Program-made: the position numbers and the translations under genes
Shown here: positions 19,613-29,959 of the stretch, in pieces
Layout: every line of letters begins with the position of its first letter
How positions within the stretch are numbered: position 1 is the stretch's first letter
Assembly: GCA_036338595.1 (NCBI GenBank)
Contig: JAYZBV010000095.1
Coordinates: 1 to 58,756, forward strand
DNA from: Planctomycetota bacterium
Lineage (GTDB): Bacteria; Planctomycetota; UBA8108; UBA1146
DNA length: 58,756 bases
Direction: 5' to 3'
Notes under the pieces: generated by a model
Database searches by the model: none
Seen by the model: the letters and a program-made list of their open reading frames with translations, nothing else
What the model was told of the DNA's origin: nothing

Positions 19613-22567
19613 CTACCGGGGCTCGGGAGCGTGATCGCTTCGATCCATCCGATCCAGCGCTGAATCCACGTCCTTGAGCGACCATCCACCGCCTCGGGGC
19701 AGGTTCTGAACCCGGTAGCCTCGGGGGCCCCAGGTCAGTTTGACGGAGCGCGAAGGGGGGAGATCCGATGTGCCATCGCGAAGTACCTGGACCGGCTGCT
19801 TGGCACCGCCCTCCAGTTCCACGCTGCGATTGCGAATCAGCACACGAGCTCGCTCTGCAAGGATCCTGTACGGGCCTCCACGCAGATCTGTGGACCCCCA
19901 GGCGAGCACCTCGTGAGGACTGAGGGTTCCTCCCTCGAGTGTTTCCTTCAATACCAGCAACAACTCGTCAGCACGCATCTCGAAGTGGCCCGGCTCATCC
20001 TCTGCGGCCCCCTCCAGTTGAAAGGTGGCACTCAGCACCGATGACAGCAGTACTTCCAGCCGCTCGGGAGATCCGGGGCCCTCGGCAGTGGATCGCACCA
20101 CCACCACCTCTCGTGCGACCACCTCATCCTTTGACTCATCGCCACGCACGAAGGTCTGCAGTCCCTGGCCATCGATGGAGGAGAGGATCAGTCGCTGCTG
20201 TTGCTGATTCCAGCGACAGTGCTGACCACGAAATTCAATGCCTCCCTCTATCTGATGCAGTCGGACATCCTTGGCCGCTGACACTTCCATGAGGCGAATC
20301 TGATCGCCTGAAAGATCGAGTTTCGCATCGATGCGATCGGACTCGAGATTCCATGCCATCTTCTCGATGGTCTCGACAACACCATCGGCAGAGGCGTTTC
20401 CGAGGTAGACCCTCGCTCTCGCATCTCCGACCAGTTCCGCTGTCCCTTCGATCGGGTCGAGGGTGATCGTCTCCGCCTCGATCCGGTCTGGAGTGGCCCC
20501 TCCAGCAGCCACCTCGACTTGCTGTAAGCCCGTACCTTGAAAGCGGTAACGCTGTTTTTCAGCGTCCCAGAGCAACTCACCGCAACGGGCCACAAAGGTC
20601 CCATCTTGAATCTGAACCCTGCCATCCTCGGAGCTCAATGCCCGCACACCGATGACGCTGCCAGCGGCAGTTCGATTCGATGAAGCTGGATCATCGGTGG
20701 TCACCTGCTGGACATCGGGAGCGAGCGAGACGACCAGTGAATCGCAGAGGATGGTGACGGGCGATTGCTGCTCGGTATCTCCAGGATGCGACATCGTTCC
20801 CTCGACCGATCCTTCACCGCTGGCCAGGTTCTGGCTCAACGACATCGACAATCGATCTGCGATCAACTCGGCCCTGTCTGCTATCGTCAGTTTCTGGCGC
20901 CCCTCACCGGTGAGAGTGAGCTGGCCATCGACTCCACGCCACTGCAGCCGATCACCGATCAGTTGCAGCTTCTCTGTCCCCTGTACCAGCAATTCCATCG
21001 GTGATTCGCCCGCCTGGGCATCCAACTGCTTGAGGCGCTGCTCGCCGTCCCAGAGCAGCGTCATCTGCTGTGCAACGACGTGGCAACCGGGATCCTCTCC
21101 GAGCCAGCGAGGAGTCGTGAACGAGGGGCCCTGGGGCAACTCGACCAGTTCTGCCGAGACACCGCCGCGAAACACGAGTCTCGGGGATCCGATGGAGAGA
21201 GCCGCAGAATCTGCCTCGATGTGATTCTTGCCCTCGGAAAATCTGGCGCGGCTTCCTTCGCTGGAGATGACTTCCAGCTGTCCCTCGTCTGCACGCCACC
21301 AAAGTTCATCCCCGACGATGCGGGCACCATCCTGGCGCTGTTCCTGTATCGACACCGATTCCCCGGATTTGCCTCGCGCGGTCAACGACTGCAGCTGTCC
21401 GTCGGCGAAGAGGAACTCGGCACTCTCTGCTGAGACGCTCCAGTTGCTCTCGGCATCCGGGTCAAGGGTGCCGGAACTGATCGCCATGCTCTGCAACCAA
21501 CCGGTCACTCCGCCGCTGACGATGCAGCGAGATTCGCTCGTCAGCACCGTCGCCTCCTGCGCATTGAAGGTGCCCACCTCGCTGTATATGACGATCCCCT
21601 CCGAAAGACGCACTTGCGTCTGGCCCTCTGACCAGTCGAGGCGTTCTCCCTCGACGCGGATGCCACCGCCGAGATGAATGGTGACCGGATTTTCGCGGCG
21701 CTTCGCCTCGATCTTGACCAGACGACGGCTCGTCGGCTCTAGATGTAAGTCAAGTTGATCTGCGTAGATATGACGCTGAGGTGGAGCGAGCATCGGATCG
21801 AGTGGTGCCTCTGGATCGGACTCGAAAATCTGCACTCCACCCTCGAACCGAGCGATCCTCTGCGACCCACCCAGCATCATCTGGCCATGGCAGAGGATGC
21901 GAATCTGACGTCCCGGGTCGCCGTCCAGACCGCTACCACCTTCGCTCGCATTCGCCTTCACGGCGATGATGAGCGGCGGCGAGAAACGCAGGCTGTTGAG
22001 TCCAGTTCCCGAACCGATCGACCCTTCCAGGCCATTGGCCCCTCGCAGTTCGAGTGCCGGCCATTCGACATGAACCGCAGATGAACCCTCGATCCGGATG
22101 TCCTCGCCATCGGCCCAGCGAATGCGCATATCTCGAGTCGTCAGTCGTGGAATGCCGCCAGCACCCACCGCCTGGAGTTGTCCCATCACCTCGGCGACTT
22201 CGCCGCCGGGATCGGCGACGATGCGGTCTGCCTCGATCAGGATCTGATCGACTGGATCGGTACGACCCTCTGCATAGACCGGCATCTCGATGGAGGCTGA
22301 CAGAAGATCGCGCTGGCTGTTCAGGTTATCTGGAGACAACACCAACCCGGAGGTCAAATCGACCTCACCGCGAAGAATGAATCGCAGACGCCCGAGAGAG
22401 TAGTCGTAGAAGGGAGCGGAGACTCTATTGAGTTCGGTCAGATCGATCGGCTCGATGGGGGAGGCCCCCTCTGGATTATCATCGGTTGCCGAGAATTGGC
22501 CCGTCATGAACAGGAATACGACCAGGCCGACCGAAAATACGCCCAGAAAGAAGGCGAGCCGGCTCAA
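19613..22567 (-). CDS. Very large membrane-anchored LptC/LptA (OstA)-like repeat protein
   Basis: N-terminal TM; about 18 recurring beta-strand units of type (A/G)(D/E)xLxxx...GxV; TTG start overlaps the kdsC stop, the position normally held by lptC-lptA. Confidence 0.65.
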   Translation of the reverse strand: MSRLAFFLGVFSVGLVVFLFMTGQFSATDDNPEGASPIEPIDLTELNRVSAPFYDYSLGRLRFILRGEVDLTSGLVLSPDNLNSQRDLLSASIEMPVYAEGRTDPVDQILIEADRIVADPGGEVAEVMGQLQAVGAGGIPRLTTRDMRIRWADGEDIRIEGSSAVHVEWPALELRGANGLEGSIGSGTGLNSLRFSPPLIIAVKANASEGGSGLDGDPGRQIRILCHGQMMLGGSQRIARFEGGVQIFESDPEAPLDPMLAPPQRHIYADQLDLHLEPTSRRLVKIEAKRRENPVTIHLGGGIRVEGERLDWSEGQTQVRLSEGIVIYSEVGTFNAQEATVLTSESRCIVSGGVTGWLQSMAISSGTLDPDAESNWSVSAESAEFLFADGQLQSLTARGKSGESVSIQEQRQDGARIVGDELWWRADEGQLEVISSEGSRARFSEGKNHIEADSAALSIGSPRLVFRGGVSAELVELPQGPSFTTPRWLGEDPGCHVVAQQMTLLWDGEQRLKQLDAQAGESPMELLVQGTEKLQLIGDRLQWRGVDGQLTLTGEGRQKLTIADRAELIADRLSMSLSQNLASGEGSVEGTMSHPGDTEQQSPVTILCDSLVVSLAPDVQQVTTDDPASSNRTAAGSVIGVRALSSEDGRVQIQDGTFVARCGELLWDAEKQRYRFQGTGLQQVEVAAGGATPDRIEAETITLDPIEGTAELVGDARARVYLGNASADGVVETIEKMAWNLESDRIDAKLDLSGDQIRLMEVSAAKDVRLHQIEGGIEFRGQHCRWNQQQQRLILSSIDGQGLQTFVRGDESKDEVVAREVVVVRSTAEGPGSPERLEVLLSSVLSATFQLEGAAEDEPGHFEMRADELLLVLKETLEGGTLSPHEVLAWGSTDLRGGPYRILAERARVLIRNRSVELEGGAKQPVQVLRDGTSDLPPSRSVKLTWGPRGYRVQNLPRGGGWSLKDVDSALDRMDRSDHAPEPR

Positions 22568-23109
22568 GGTGCGTCCCCGGTCATCTCTCGATCGACCCGT
22601 TCGGCCCATGCTCCATGCGCCATCAGGATCCACTCACAGACCTCGCGAACGGCGCCCCTTCCGCCCCGAGCCGTGGTCACGAAATCGGCGCTCTCACGTA
22701 CCTCCCGGTGCGCATCCGAGACCGCCACAGCGGCCCCGACCAGAGCCATCGGTGGCAGGTCGATGAGGTCGTCTCCGATATAGACGGTATCGCAGGCGCG
22801 GATTCCGGATCTCTCGAGTAATTGCTGCAGGCAGGTGACCTTGTCAGTGATCCCGACGTGGACTTCCTTCACCCCCAGTTGCCTGGCCCGGTGCAAGGTG
22901 GCCTCGGATTTTCGCCCAGAAATCCAGGCGACCTCGACACCACTCTCGATGAGCCAGCGAATCCCGGCTCCATCAGGAACATGAAAACACTTCGACTCGG
23001 CGCCAGACTCGGAAAGCCAGAGGCTGTTGTCGGTGAGCACACCGTCGACATCGAGCACCAGCAATGCGGGCGTCAGCGCACCTAGTGGGGAGGGGATTTC
23101 CGATTTCAT
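22564..23109 (-). CDS. kdsC: 3-deoxy-D-manno-octulosonate 8-phosphate phosphatase
   Basis: HAD motifs LDVDGVLTD, ISGR, YIGDDLID, GGRGAVRE. Confidence 0.93.
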   Translation of the reverse strand: MKSEIPSPLGALTPALLVLDVDGVLTDNSLWLSESGAESKCFHVPDGAGIRWLIESGVEVAWISGRKSEATLHRARQLGVKEVHVGITDKVTCLQQLLERSGIRACDTVYIGDDLIDLPPMALVGAAVAVSDAHREVRESADFVTTARGGRGAVREVCEWILMAHGAWAERVDREMTGDAP

Positions 23110-23249
23110 CGTGGTTCAGTCTCACGGTCCCATCCACCTGCGCAAGCGCTTTTCGGAGCTTCCAGAGCACCAGCGTCGCCGTTCTGCTATCCTGTAACCG
23201 TCTCACAGCCAGGCAGTAGCCCCGCGGATTTCAGAAGAAGGAACTCTGG

Positions 23250-24107
23250 ATGCAGTTGACCGGCGACAAACCACAGCCTTCCGGCCCGTCTGAGGCCGAT
23301 GTACCGCCTCAGGGCGGGGATGGCGCCGATGCAGAGACGACCGGGATGAACCCCTGGGAGGACGGATTTTGCACCGAGCTGGAGGAGTATTCAGGGCCGC
23401 TCGAACTGCTGCTCTACCTGATTCACAGGAATGAAATCGAGATCCTCGACATCCCCGTGGCGCAGGTGCTTCAGCAATTTCTCGACCATGTCACTGCAGC
23501 TCAACAAGCCTCGACGCTGGACCTGGGCCAGGCGGGGGACTATCTGGTGATGGGTGCGCGTCTCGTCGAGATCAAGTGTCGAATGCTCTCTCCTGACCTG
23601 ATCGATGCAGAAGATGAACTGCTCGAAGAAGAACTCGAAGACCCTCGTCAGAGCCTCGTCGAACAGTTGCTCGATTACCGTGACTTCAAGGAGAGGGCCC
23701 AGTTGCTGGAGGAAGCGCACCGTCGTCGCTCGCTCGGTTACGAACGAGTACAGGGCGAGTTGCCACCACCACCGCCCGGCACCCTCGATCTCTCCGAGAC
23801 ATCTTCACTCGACCTCTCCTCCGCTTTTCAACGCGTACTCGACCTGCTCAGCGAGCGCTCCGCCTTCTCTCTGGTTCATGCCGAGGAGATCCCCATAGAA
23901 CAGGCGATGACGGAAGTGATGGCACGACTGCGTGGTTCACCCGGAGTCGTGCTCCCCTTCGAGGAACTGTTTCCGCTGGAACGGGGGATTCCCGGAGTTG
24001 TGAGCACTTTTCTCGCAATCCTGGAACTGACCCGCCTGCTCCAGCTGCGCATCGAGCAGGGCGGTATCGAAGATCCGTTGCTGGTCCGCTTGCGCGAGGA
24101 CAGCTAG
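23250..24107 (+). CDS. scpA: Segregation and condensation protein A (SMC kleisin)
   Basis: YSGPLELLLYLI..NEIEI.DIP, YLVM.ARL..IK..ML, TFLAILEL; true start may be somewhat downstream. Confidence 0.9.
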   Translation: MQLTGDKPQPSGPSEADVPPQGGDGADAETTGMNPWEDGFCTELEEYSGPLELLLYLIHRNEIEILDIPVAQVLQQFLDHVTAAQQASTLDLGQAGDYLVMGARLVEIKCRMLSPDLIDAEDELLEEELEDPRQSLVEQLLDYRDFKERAQLLEEAHRRRSLGYERVQGELPPPPPGTLDLSETSSLDLSSAFQRVLDLLSERSAFSLVHAEEIPIEQAMTEVMARLRGSPGVVLPFEELFPLERGIPGVVSTFLAILELTRLLQLRIEQGGIEDPLLVRLREDS

Positions 24108-24111
24108 TTCG

Positions 24112-25074
24112 ATGCGGCTCCTGTTCCTCGGCTCTGGACCCTTTGGAATTCCCGCTCTCCGGCGGCTTCACTCGTTGCGCAAGGATCTGATGGTCGCGAC
24201 GGTTCCCGATGCTCGCCATGGCCGAAGTCACACCTTGCAGCCGAGTCTCATCAAGAGCGAAGCCCTCGAACTCGGTCTCGATGTACACGAATGTGAACGG
24301 CTTCGAGGTCGCGCCGGCAGGGAGTTGCTCGAAAAGACCGGCGCGCAACTGATCATCACAGCAGACATCCGCCTGATCCTCGGCTCTCGTTTCCTCGAAG
24401 GGCCCGAGCGTGGCTGCTTCAACTTGCACGGTTCGCTGCTGCCGCGCTGGCGTGGGGCCGCGCCGATCGTGCGCGCAATCCTGGCGGGCGACGAACAACT
24501 GGGCGTGTCTCTTTACCGCATGGTCCCTGCACTCGATGCGGGACCGGTGGTCGGTTTCAGCTCCTGGACTGCACCCGCTGCGGTGACCGCAGAGGAGGCG
24601 GAGCTGCATCTTTCGCTCCTTGCCGCCGATTTGCTCGAGCAGCACCTCGAGGCGCTGGAAATGGGGGATGCCACACTCACGGAGCAATCGGAAGAGACGG
24701 TCACGATCGCTCCCAAGGTCGAGAAATCAGAAGGCTGGGCCTGCTGGGACGGCGATTCGGAGTTTCTGGATCGACAGGTCAGAGCCCTCAAACCATGGCC
24801 GAGAACCCGAACCAGGGTTGCTCGACAGGCCACATCGAACTCTCCTGACGAGGTCATCCTCGACCAGGTATGCCAGATCGAGGGGATGCCAGCGGCGGAT
24901 GCAGGTACGGTGCTGGAGGTCACCAGCGACCGGATCATCGTGGCCTGTGGCCACGGCGCGGTCGCCATCGAACGGATGCAACGCATCGGAAAGGTGTCGA
25001 TGTCAGTGGCCGAGTTACAGAAGGGTATGCCGTTTCAGGTCGGCGACCGTTTCCAGGGAGAGGCCGCTGGATGA
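24112..25074 (+). CDS. fmt: Methionyl-tRNA formyltransferase
   Basis: MRLLFLGS..F, NLHGSLLPRWRGAAPI, LDAGPV, VRAL.PWP, VACG.G. Confidence 0.92.
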   Translation: MRLLFLGSGPFGIPALRRLHSLRKDLMVATVPDARHGRSHTLQPSLIKSEALELGLDVHECERLRGRAGRELLEKTGAQLIITADIRLILGSRFLEGPERGCFNLHGSLLPRWRGAAPIVRAILAGDEQLGVSLYRMVPALDAGPVVGFSSWTAPAAVTAEEAELHLSLLAADLLEQHLEALEMGDATLTEQSEETVTIAPKVEKSEGWACWDGDSEFLDRQVRALKPWPRTRTRVARQATSNSPDEVILDQVCQIEGMPAADAGTVLEVTSDRIIVACGHGAVAIERMQRIGKVSMSVAELQKGMPFQVGDRFQGEAAG

Positions 25075-26591
25075 ACATCGATCGACCGCCCAGAACATCG
25101 CCCGGGCATGAAGATCCGATGGCACCCGACGACGAAGATGTCGATGCGCCGGAACTGGAGCCCCCTTACCCCTTCGCCGTCATGCGTAAGGGTTGCGGTG
25201 CCACTTCTCTCTCGACCCGGGGTGCCGCGATACATCTGATGACCCTCTGGGAGCAGGCCACTCATGCACCGATGGACCAGTTGCTCGGCGAGTACCTCGA
25301 TGGTTGTGATCTCGAAGCTTCCGATCGTGGCTTCCTGGCCGAACTGTGCTACGGCGGTGTCAGGATCCGCGGCAGCATCCGGCATCTGGCTGATAAGTTC
25401 ATGGATCGACCCTTCCAGGATGCGAGCCGGACGGTGCGCTCTGCCATTGCGATCGGCATCTACCAGAGGGTGTGGCTGCGCACACCTTCCCACGCAGCGG
25501 TCACCGAGACGATCAACGGCTGGCGGCAGTTATTCGACGACCCCGAATCCACGAAGCAGGATTCCGGTTACATCAATGCAGTGCTCAGATCGGTATGCGA
25601 GGCGGTCGAGGATGTCGATGAGGATCTGGACGATCCGATCGATGCCGTGCGCGTTCCCGCGGGTTGGGCGCGTATCCGGGGACTGCGCTTGCAGGGGGGC
25701 AATACGGGCCGAATCCAGAGATGGAGCATCCAGACGAGTCATCCTCCGGAGTTGATCCGTCGCTGGCTCGAGCGTTATCCAGAAGCTCGAGTCCGGGAGA
25801 TGCTCGAACGCAACAACCAGCCACCGCCGCTCTTCATCGTGCTACGCCAGGACCGCGAACTCGACCATCAGATCCGTGTCATGGAACGCGCCGGGATGCA
25901 GGCGAGGGTCGCCCAGGGATCGCCACAGACGCTGGATGTGAAGAGGGGAGCCGCAGTCGAGAAGATCCCCGGATTCGCCAGTGGCGACTTCTGGGTCCAG
26001 GATCTGACGGCACGCAGAATTGCCCTGCGCATGCCAAAGCGTGAGGGCGCTCGCCTGCTCGATCTGTGTGCCGCACCCGGCGGCAAGCTGGCGACGCTTC
26101 TCGACCGAGGCGGCATCGCACGCGCCTTCGGTTGTGATCTGTCTCAACAAAAGTTGCAGCGGATTGCAGATAACCTCCAGCGACTGCAGTTGCATCAGGT
26201 TTGCCCCATCCATCTGATGGAAGTGGGTCGTGATCCCAGTCGGTTGCGCATCGATGAGAGTTTCGATCAGGTTCTGGTCGATGCCCCCTGCTCCAACAGT
26301 GGCGTTCTCAATCGCCGTCACGAGGCACGCTGGCGCTTCTCTCCCGAGGTCGTCACCGACCTGGAACAGCAGCAACTGGCGCTGCTGAAGACGGCGATCC
26401 GTCACCTGGCGCTCGGCGGACATCTGCTCTACAGCACCTGCTCGGTGGAACCGCAGGAGAACCACGACGTGATCCGCAGAACTCTGGAGCAGAACACCGA
26501 GTTGCGCCTCATCGAGGAGTTCGAGGTGCTGCCCGGCGATCTTGGAGGAGACGGCGGTTATGGCGCCCTGATGCAGCGCGTGAATCGCTGA
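25071..26591 (+). CDS. rsmB: 16S rRNA m5C methyltransferase RsmB/Sun-like (NusB-like domain plus NOL1/NOP2 domain)
   Basis: VQD, DLCAAPGGK, VDAPCS, YSTCS; N-terminal NusB-like region (YINAVLR); ATGA overlap with fmt. Confidence 0.85.
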   Translation: MNIDRPPRTSPGHEDPMAPDDEDVDAPELEPPYPFAVMRKGCGATSLSTRGAAIHLMTLWEQATHAPMDQLLGEYLDGCDLEASDRGFLAELCYGGVRIRGSIRHLADKFMDRPFQDASRTVRSAIAIGIYQRVWLRTPSHAAVTETINGWRQLFDDPESTKQDSGYINAVLRSVCEAVEDVDEDLDDPIDAVRVPAGWARIRGLRLQGGNTGRIQRWSIQTSHPPELIRRWLERYPEARVREMLERNNQPPPLFIVLRQDRELDHQIRVMERAGMQARVAQGSPQTLDVKRGAAVEKIPGFASGDFWVQDLTARRIALRMPKREGARLLDLCAAPGGKLATLLDRGGIARAFGCDLSQQKLQRIADNLQRLQLHQVCPIHLMEVGRDPSRLRIDESFDQVLVDAPCSNSGVLNRRHEARWRFSPEVVTDLEQQQLALLKTAIRHLALGGHLLYSTCSVEPQENHDVIRRTLEQNTELRLIEEFEVLPGDLGGDGGYGALMQRVNR

Positions 26592-26778
26592 AGAACGACC
26601 TCTTCGACGGCACCTGCCAGCCATCACAGCCTGAATACCGCTTCAATTCGGCATTTCACAAGCATCCATGAGCCGTTTTGACCTTTCTGACAGGAAAGTG
26701 TCCGAGCCTCGAGAATTCCCGGATCGATGTAGTAATCCCCCCCCCGATTTGGTGGGGCGACCGGAAAGCGAGGAAGTG

Positions 26779-27513
26779 ATGACAAACAAGACGACCCCCA
26801 ATACCGACTCCAGCGCGAGGATTCTCGGCGCGGTGCCAAGGACCCTGGCACTGCTGATGATGCTGCTGGTGGCCAGTTACCCACTGATCTCCGAAGCCGA
26901 CACCGGACAGACTCGACGCCCACTCGACCTGCCATCTGGCGGTGGTAGCCACGATGAAGATTCGGATGACACACTTCCCGACACCATCCAGTTCTTCGGT
27001 CAGAGCTATGACGGAGATGCCTTCTTCTGGGTGCTCGATGTTTCGGGAAGCATGGCCTGGGATGGCCGTATCGATACATTGAAGTCGGAGTTCATCGGCG
27101 CTGTCAGGTCACTCAGCAGTTACAGCGACTTCGGAGCCATCGCCTTCAGTAGCAACATGGTCCATTTCGACATGCAATGCTCCGCGGCGAAACATACGCG
27201 AAAGGTCGCCGCCTTCGACTGGATCATAAAACTCCAACCTCAAGGTGGCACCTGCCTGGCGGTAGCGGTGATCGAGGGGCTGCAGACTTTGCGACAGAGC
27301 CGTCACGCCGATCGTCGCTTGATCGTGGTCGGGGATGGTGCGCCGCAATGCGGCGGAATCGCCGATCCGGAAATCGCTCACTGGAACATCCTCGCGGCGA
27401 ACTGGGACCGGATTCCCATCGATACGGTGTTCACCGGTGGCGAGGAAGCTGGACTGGACTTCTTCCGGGGTCTGTCCAACTCGAACAATGGCACCCTGGT
27501 GATCTCCCAGTAG
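26779..27513 (+). CDS. Secreted/anchored von Willebrand factor A domain protein (paralog 1)
   Basis: MIDAS DVSGS, GGT, VVGDG; hydrophobic N-terminal segment; GAGG RBS. Confidence 0.85.
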   Translation: MTNKTTPNTDSSARILGAVPRTLALLMMLLVASYPLISEADTGQTRRPLDLPSGGGSHDEDSDDTLPDTIQFFGQSYDGDAFFWVLDVSGSMAWDGRIDTLKSEFIGAVRSLSSYSDFGAIAFSSNMVHFDMQCSAAKHTRKVAAFDWIIKLQPQGGTCLAVAVIEGLQTLRQSRHADRRLIVVGDGAPQCGGIADPEIAHWNILAANWDRIPIDTVFTGGEEAGLDFFRGLSNSNNGTLVISQ

Positions 27514-27844
27514 GCCCCATCGCTGCATTTCAGACCCGGACCCGGGCACTTCCGCGTTGAAGTGCCCGGGTCCGATTCCATCCGGGCACGGCCTCCTCTT
27601 GAGGGGGATGTTTTTGATGCAGTACAGAGGCCGATTCATCGAATCAACTGCGGCGATTTCTCGAAAATGGACAACCGCTTCGATTCCTCGAATTCGTCCG
27701 TTTTGGGCCGATTCAAGGCGATCTGTGCCGTCGCACTGGAAGTTCGTGTCCGGTCTCTGTCCAACCCGGCCCGATTTCCGGATGAACCCCATGGAGAGCA
27801 CGACACCCGATGCCCGATCGGGAAGATCGGAAAGTGAGGACAAC

Positions 27845-28591
27845 ATGACAGATCGAAAGATCAAGGCACGAAAACAGCAACCCGGCGGCAAATCGGCGTC
27901 ACTGCAGGGTCATTCGCGATTCCTGGCCACGGCACTGATGATTCTTGTTGCCAGTATCCCGATGACGACCGATGCCAGCACGGAGCGCCAGCGGCGACCA
28001 CTGGATCTTCCCGCCGGCGGCGGAAAGTTCATCGATGATGAGGAAGAAGCGCTGCCCGATGTGATCCAGTTTTACGGTCATGAATTCGAGGGCGATGCAT
28101 TCATCTGGGTTCTCGACACCTCTACCAGCATGATCCTCGATGGTCGGATCGAATTCCTCAAGAGTGAATTCATCGGGGCGGTCTCTTCGCTCAGCAGCGA
28201 GAGTGAGTTCGGTGCGGTGGCTTTCAACAACCACCTGAGACCCTTTGACGGTCATTGCTCCAGGGCGACCGCGGCTCGCAAGCTGGCCGCCACCTCCTGG
28301 GTGAACCACCTGAGCCCCTCCGGTGGCACCTGCATGGCGACCGCCCTGATCCACGGCATGGAGATGGCACGCGACACTTGCAAGACAACCCGTCGTCTCA
28401 TCGTCGTGGGAGATGGGGTTCCCTCCTGCGGAGCCCAGATCGATCCTTCAGTGGCGCTGTCCCATGTCAGTTGTGCCAACTGGGATCACATTCCCATCGA
28501 TGCTGTTTTCATCGGTGGGGGTGAGGCTGGCTTCGGCTTCTTTCAGGAGTTGACCGAATCCAATGGCGGAAAACTGGTGATTTCGCAGTAA
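27845..28591 (+). CDS. Secreted/anchored von Willebrand factor A domain protein (paralog 2)
   Basis: MIDAS DTSTS, GGT, VVGDG; highly similar to 26779-27513, same C-terminus (LVISQ). Confidence 0.85.
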   Translation: MTDRKIKARKQQPGGKSASLQGHSRFLATALMILVASIPMTTDASTERQRRPLDLPAGGGKFIDDEEEALPDVIQFYGHEFEGDAFIWVLDTSTSMILDGRIEFLKSEFIGAVSSLSSESEFGAVAFNNHLRPFDGHCSRATAARKLAATSWVNHLSPSGGTCMATALIHGMEMARDTCKTTRRLIVVGDGVPSCGAQIDPSVALSHVSCANWDHIPIDAVFIGGGEAGFGFFQELTESNGGKLVISQ

Positions 28592-28620
28592 CACCGTGGA
28601 TTTCACGGGAAACGGACGAT

Positions 28621-28660
28621 GCCCCGTGCACCTCGAAAACGAGGTGCACGGGGCTGTTTC
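28621..28660 (+). terminator. Intrinsic terminator-like hairpin
   Basis: Perfect 15-bp inverted repeat GCCCCGTGCACCTCG-AAAA-CGAGGTGCACGGGGC followed by TGTTTC, 30 bp after the vWA gene. Confidence 0.7.
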
Positions 28661-28732
28661 CATCCGGGTGGCGAGCGAAAACCGTTCTTGACGCCACCGC
28701 CGCTACTGCTCAACTGCCCCCACGGAGGCGCG

Positions 28733-29608
28733 ATGATGAGACGGACTCGGATGCCAGGTTCAGGGATGCTGTTGGTTCTCTGCCTGCTGTTCCCGACCGC
28801 CGTCTGGCCCACATCCATACAGAGCGACAAGGTACAGAACGACAAGATCGAGAGTCTGGTCGCAGCAGAACTGCAGCGAGTCGCCACCGAGGAGGACCAG
28901 GTGCGCTACCGCGGCCAGTACGCTGCACTGGTTCCGCTCGGATCGCCAGCGGGGCTATTTCTGCTCTCGATGTTGCTCGATGAGGATCGCCCGCTGGCGA
29001 CTCGTCGACGTGCCTCCAATGCCCTGCACGATGTCGCCACATCTGAACTGCTCGATCCACTACGCCAGGCGATGGGGGACCTGCTACTCGAACCGTGGGT
29101 CGAAACGGAAGTGGGCCTGCTGCTGGCAATACTGGGAGATCGCCAGACACTCGATCGATGGATCCGGCAGCTGCGCCGCATCACCGATCGAATCCCGACC
29201 ACCGTGACCCTCGCCGAGATCCTCGAGGGACTGGATCGACTGGGAAATCTGCAATTCAGAAGTGAGGCTCTGGGTGCTGCCACGGCCACTCATCGGCGAC
29301 GCATCGCACTGATGACGGACCTGATCCCACGCGTTCCCGAGCGGCTTCAGAAGCCGCTCACCGATGAGATGCAGGCAATTCACTACAATCTGGCCTGCTG
29401 CCTGGCATTGACGGGCAAGATAGACGAGGCATTCGCGGCGACCGAGCAGAGTCTTCGGTCATCGACGATTCGCATCACGATGGTACAGGTCGATGGCGAC
29501 CTGAAGGCACTCAGAGAAGATGCCAGGTGGTCCGACTGGCTCTCGAAGCAGATCGCGGACAGTGTGCCGGACACGCCGGCACCAGAAGCAGAGGAGCAGC
29601 GTCGATGA
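28733..29608 (+). CDS. Secreted HEAT/TPR-repeat protein
   Basis: Signal peptide; helical repeats; C-terminal HYNLACCLAL...DGDLKALR.D.RW TPR end motif. Confidence 0.78.
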   Translation: MMRRTRMPGSGMLLVLCLLFPTAVWPTSIQSDKVQNDKIESLVAAELQRVATEEDQVRYRGQYAALVPLGSPAGLFLLSMLLDEDRPLATRRRASNALHDVATSELLDPLRQAMGDLLLEPWVETEVGLLLAILGDRQTLDRWIRQLRRITDRIPTTVTLAEILEGLDRLGNLQFRSEALGAATATHRRRIALMTDLIPRVPERLQKPLTDEMQAIHYNLACCLALTGKIDEAFAATEQSLRSSTIRITMVQVDGDLKALREDARWSDWLSKQIADSVPDTPAPEAEEQRR

Positions 29609-29955
29609 GACAATCACGAATCCTGGGAGTCGTTGGCATCGCAGCGATCGGCTTCTATTCGCTGGTATCACGCGATAATGACCTGAGTGAAGCTCTCGTC
29701 TCCACTCTGGTGCTGTCGGGGATCTTCTTGCTGCTGTGGCAGACGATTTTATCTCTCGGTACTGATGTCGAGCCGCTCGATTTTTTTCCCGGCACGGTGC
29801 TCTTGCTGGTCGGGTTGGCCATCCAGCAATACGACAGCGAGTACGCCCTGATCCCCATCGCACTGGCGATGCTGGTCGGACTCGGTGTCATGATGCGCTC
29901 CTTCGGCGAGCCACCCCGGGAGTCAGACGACGAGGATCCGGGCCACTCCGGTTGA
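29605..29955 (+). CDS. Small 4-TM membrane protein
   Basis: ATGA overlap with upstream gene, GAGGAG RBS, hydrophobic segments. Confidence 0.7.
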   Translation: MRQSRILGVVGIAAIGFYSLVSRDNDLSEALVSTLVLSGIFLLLWQTILSLGTDVEPLDFFPGTVLLLVGLAIQQYDSEYALIPIALAMLVGLGVMMRSFGEPPRESDDEDPGHSG

Positions 29956-29959
29956 TGCG

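Noticed and set aside
28599..28614. Third parS-like sequence GATTTCACGGGAAACG
   Set aside because: Only 12/16 match to consensus
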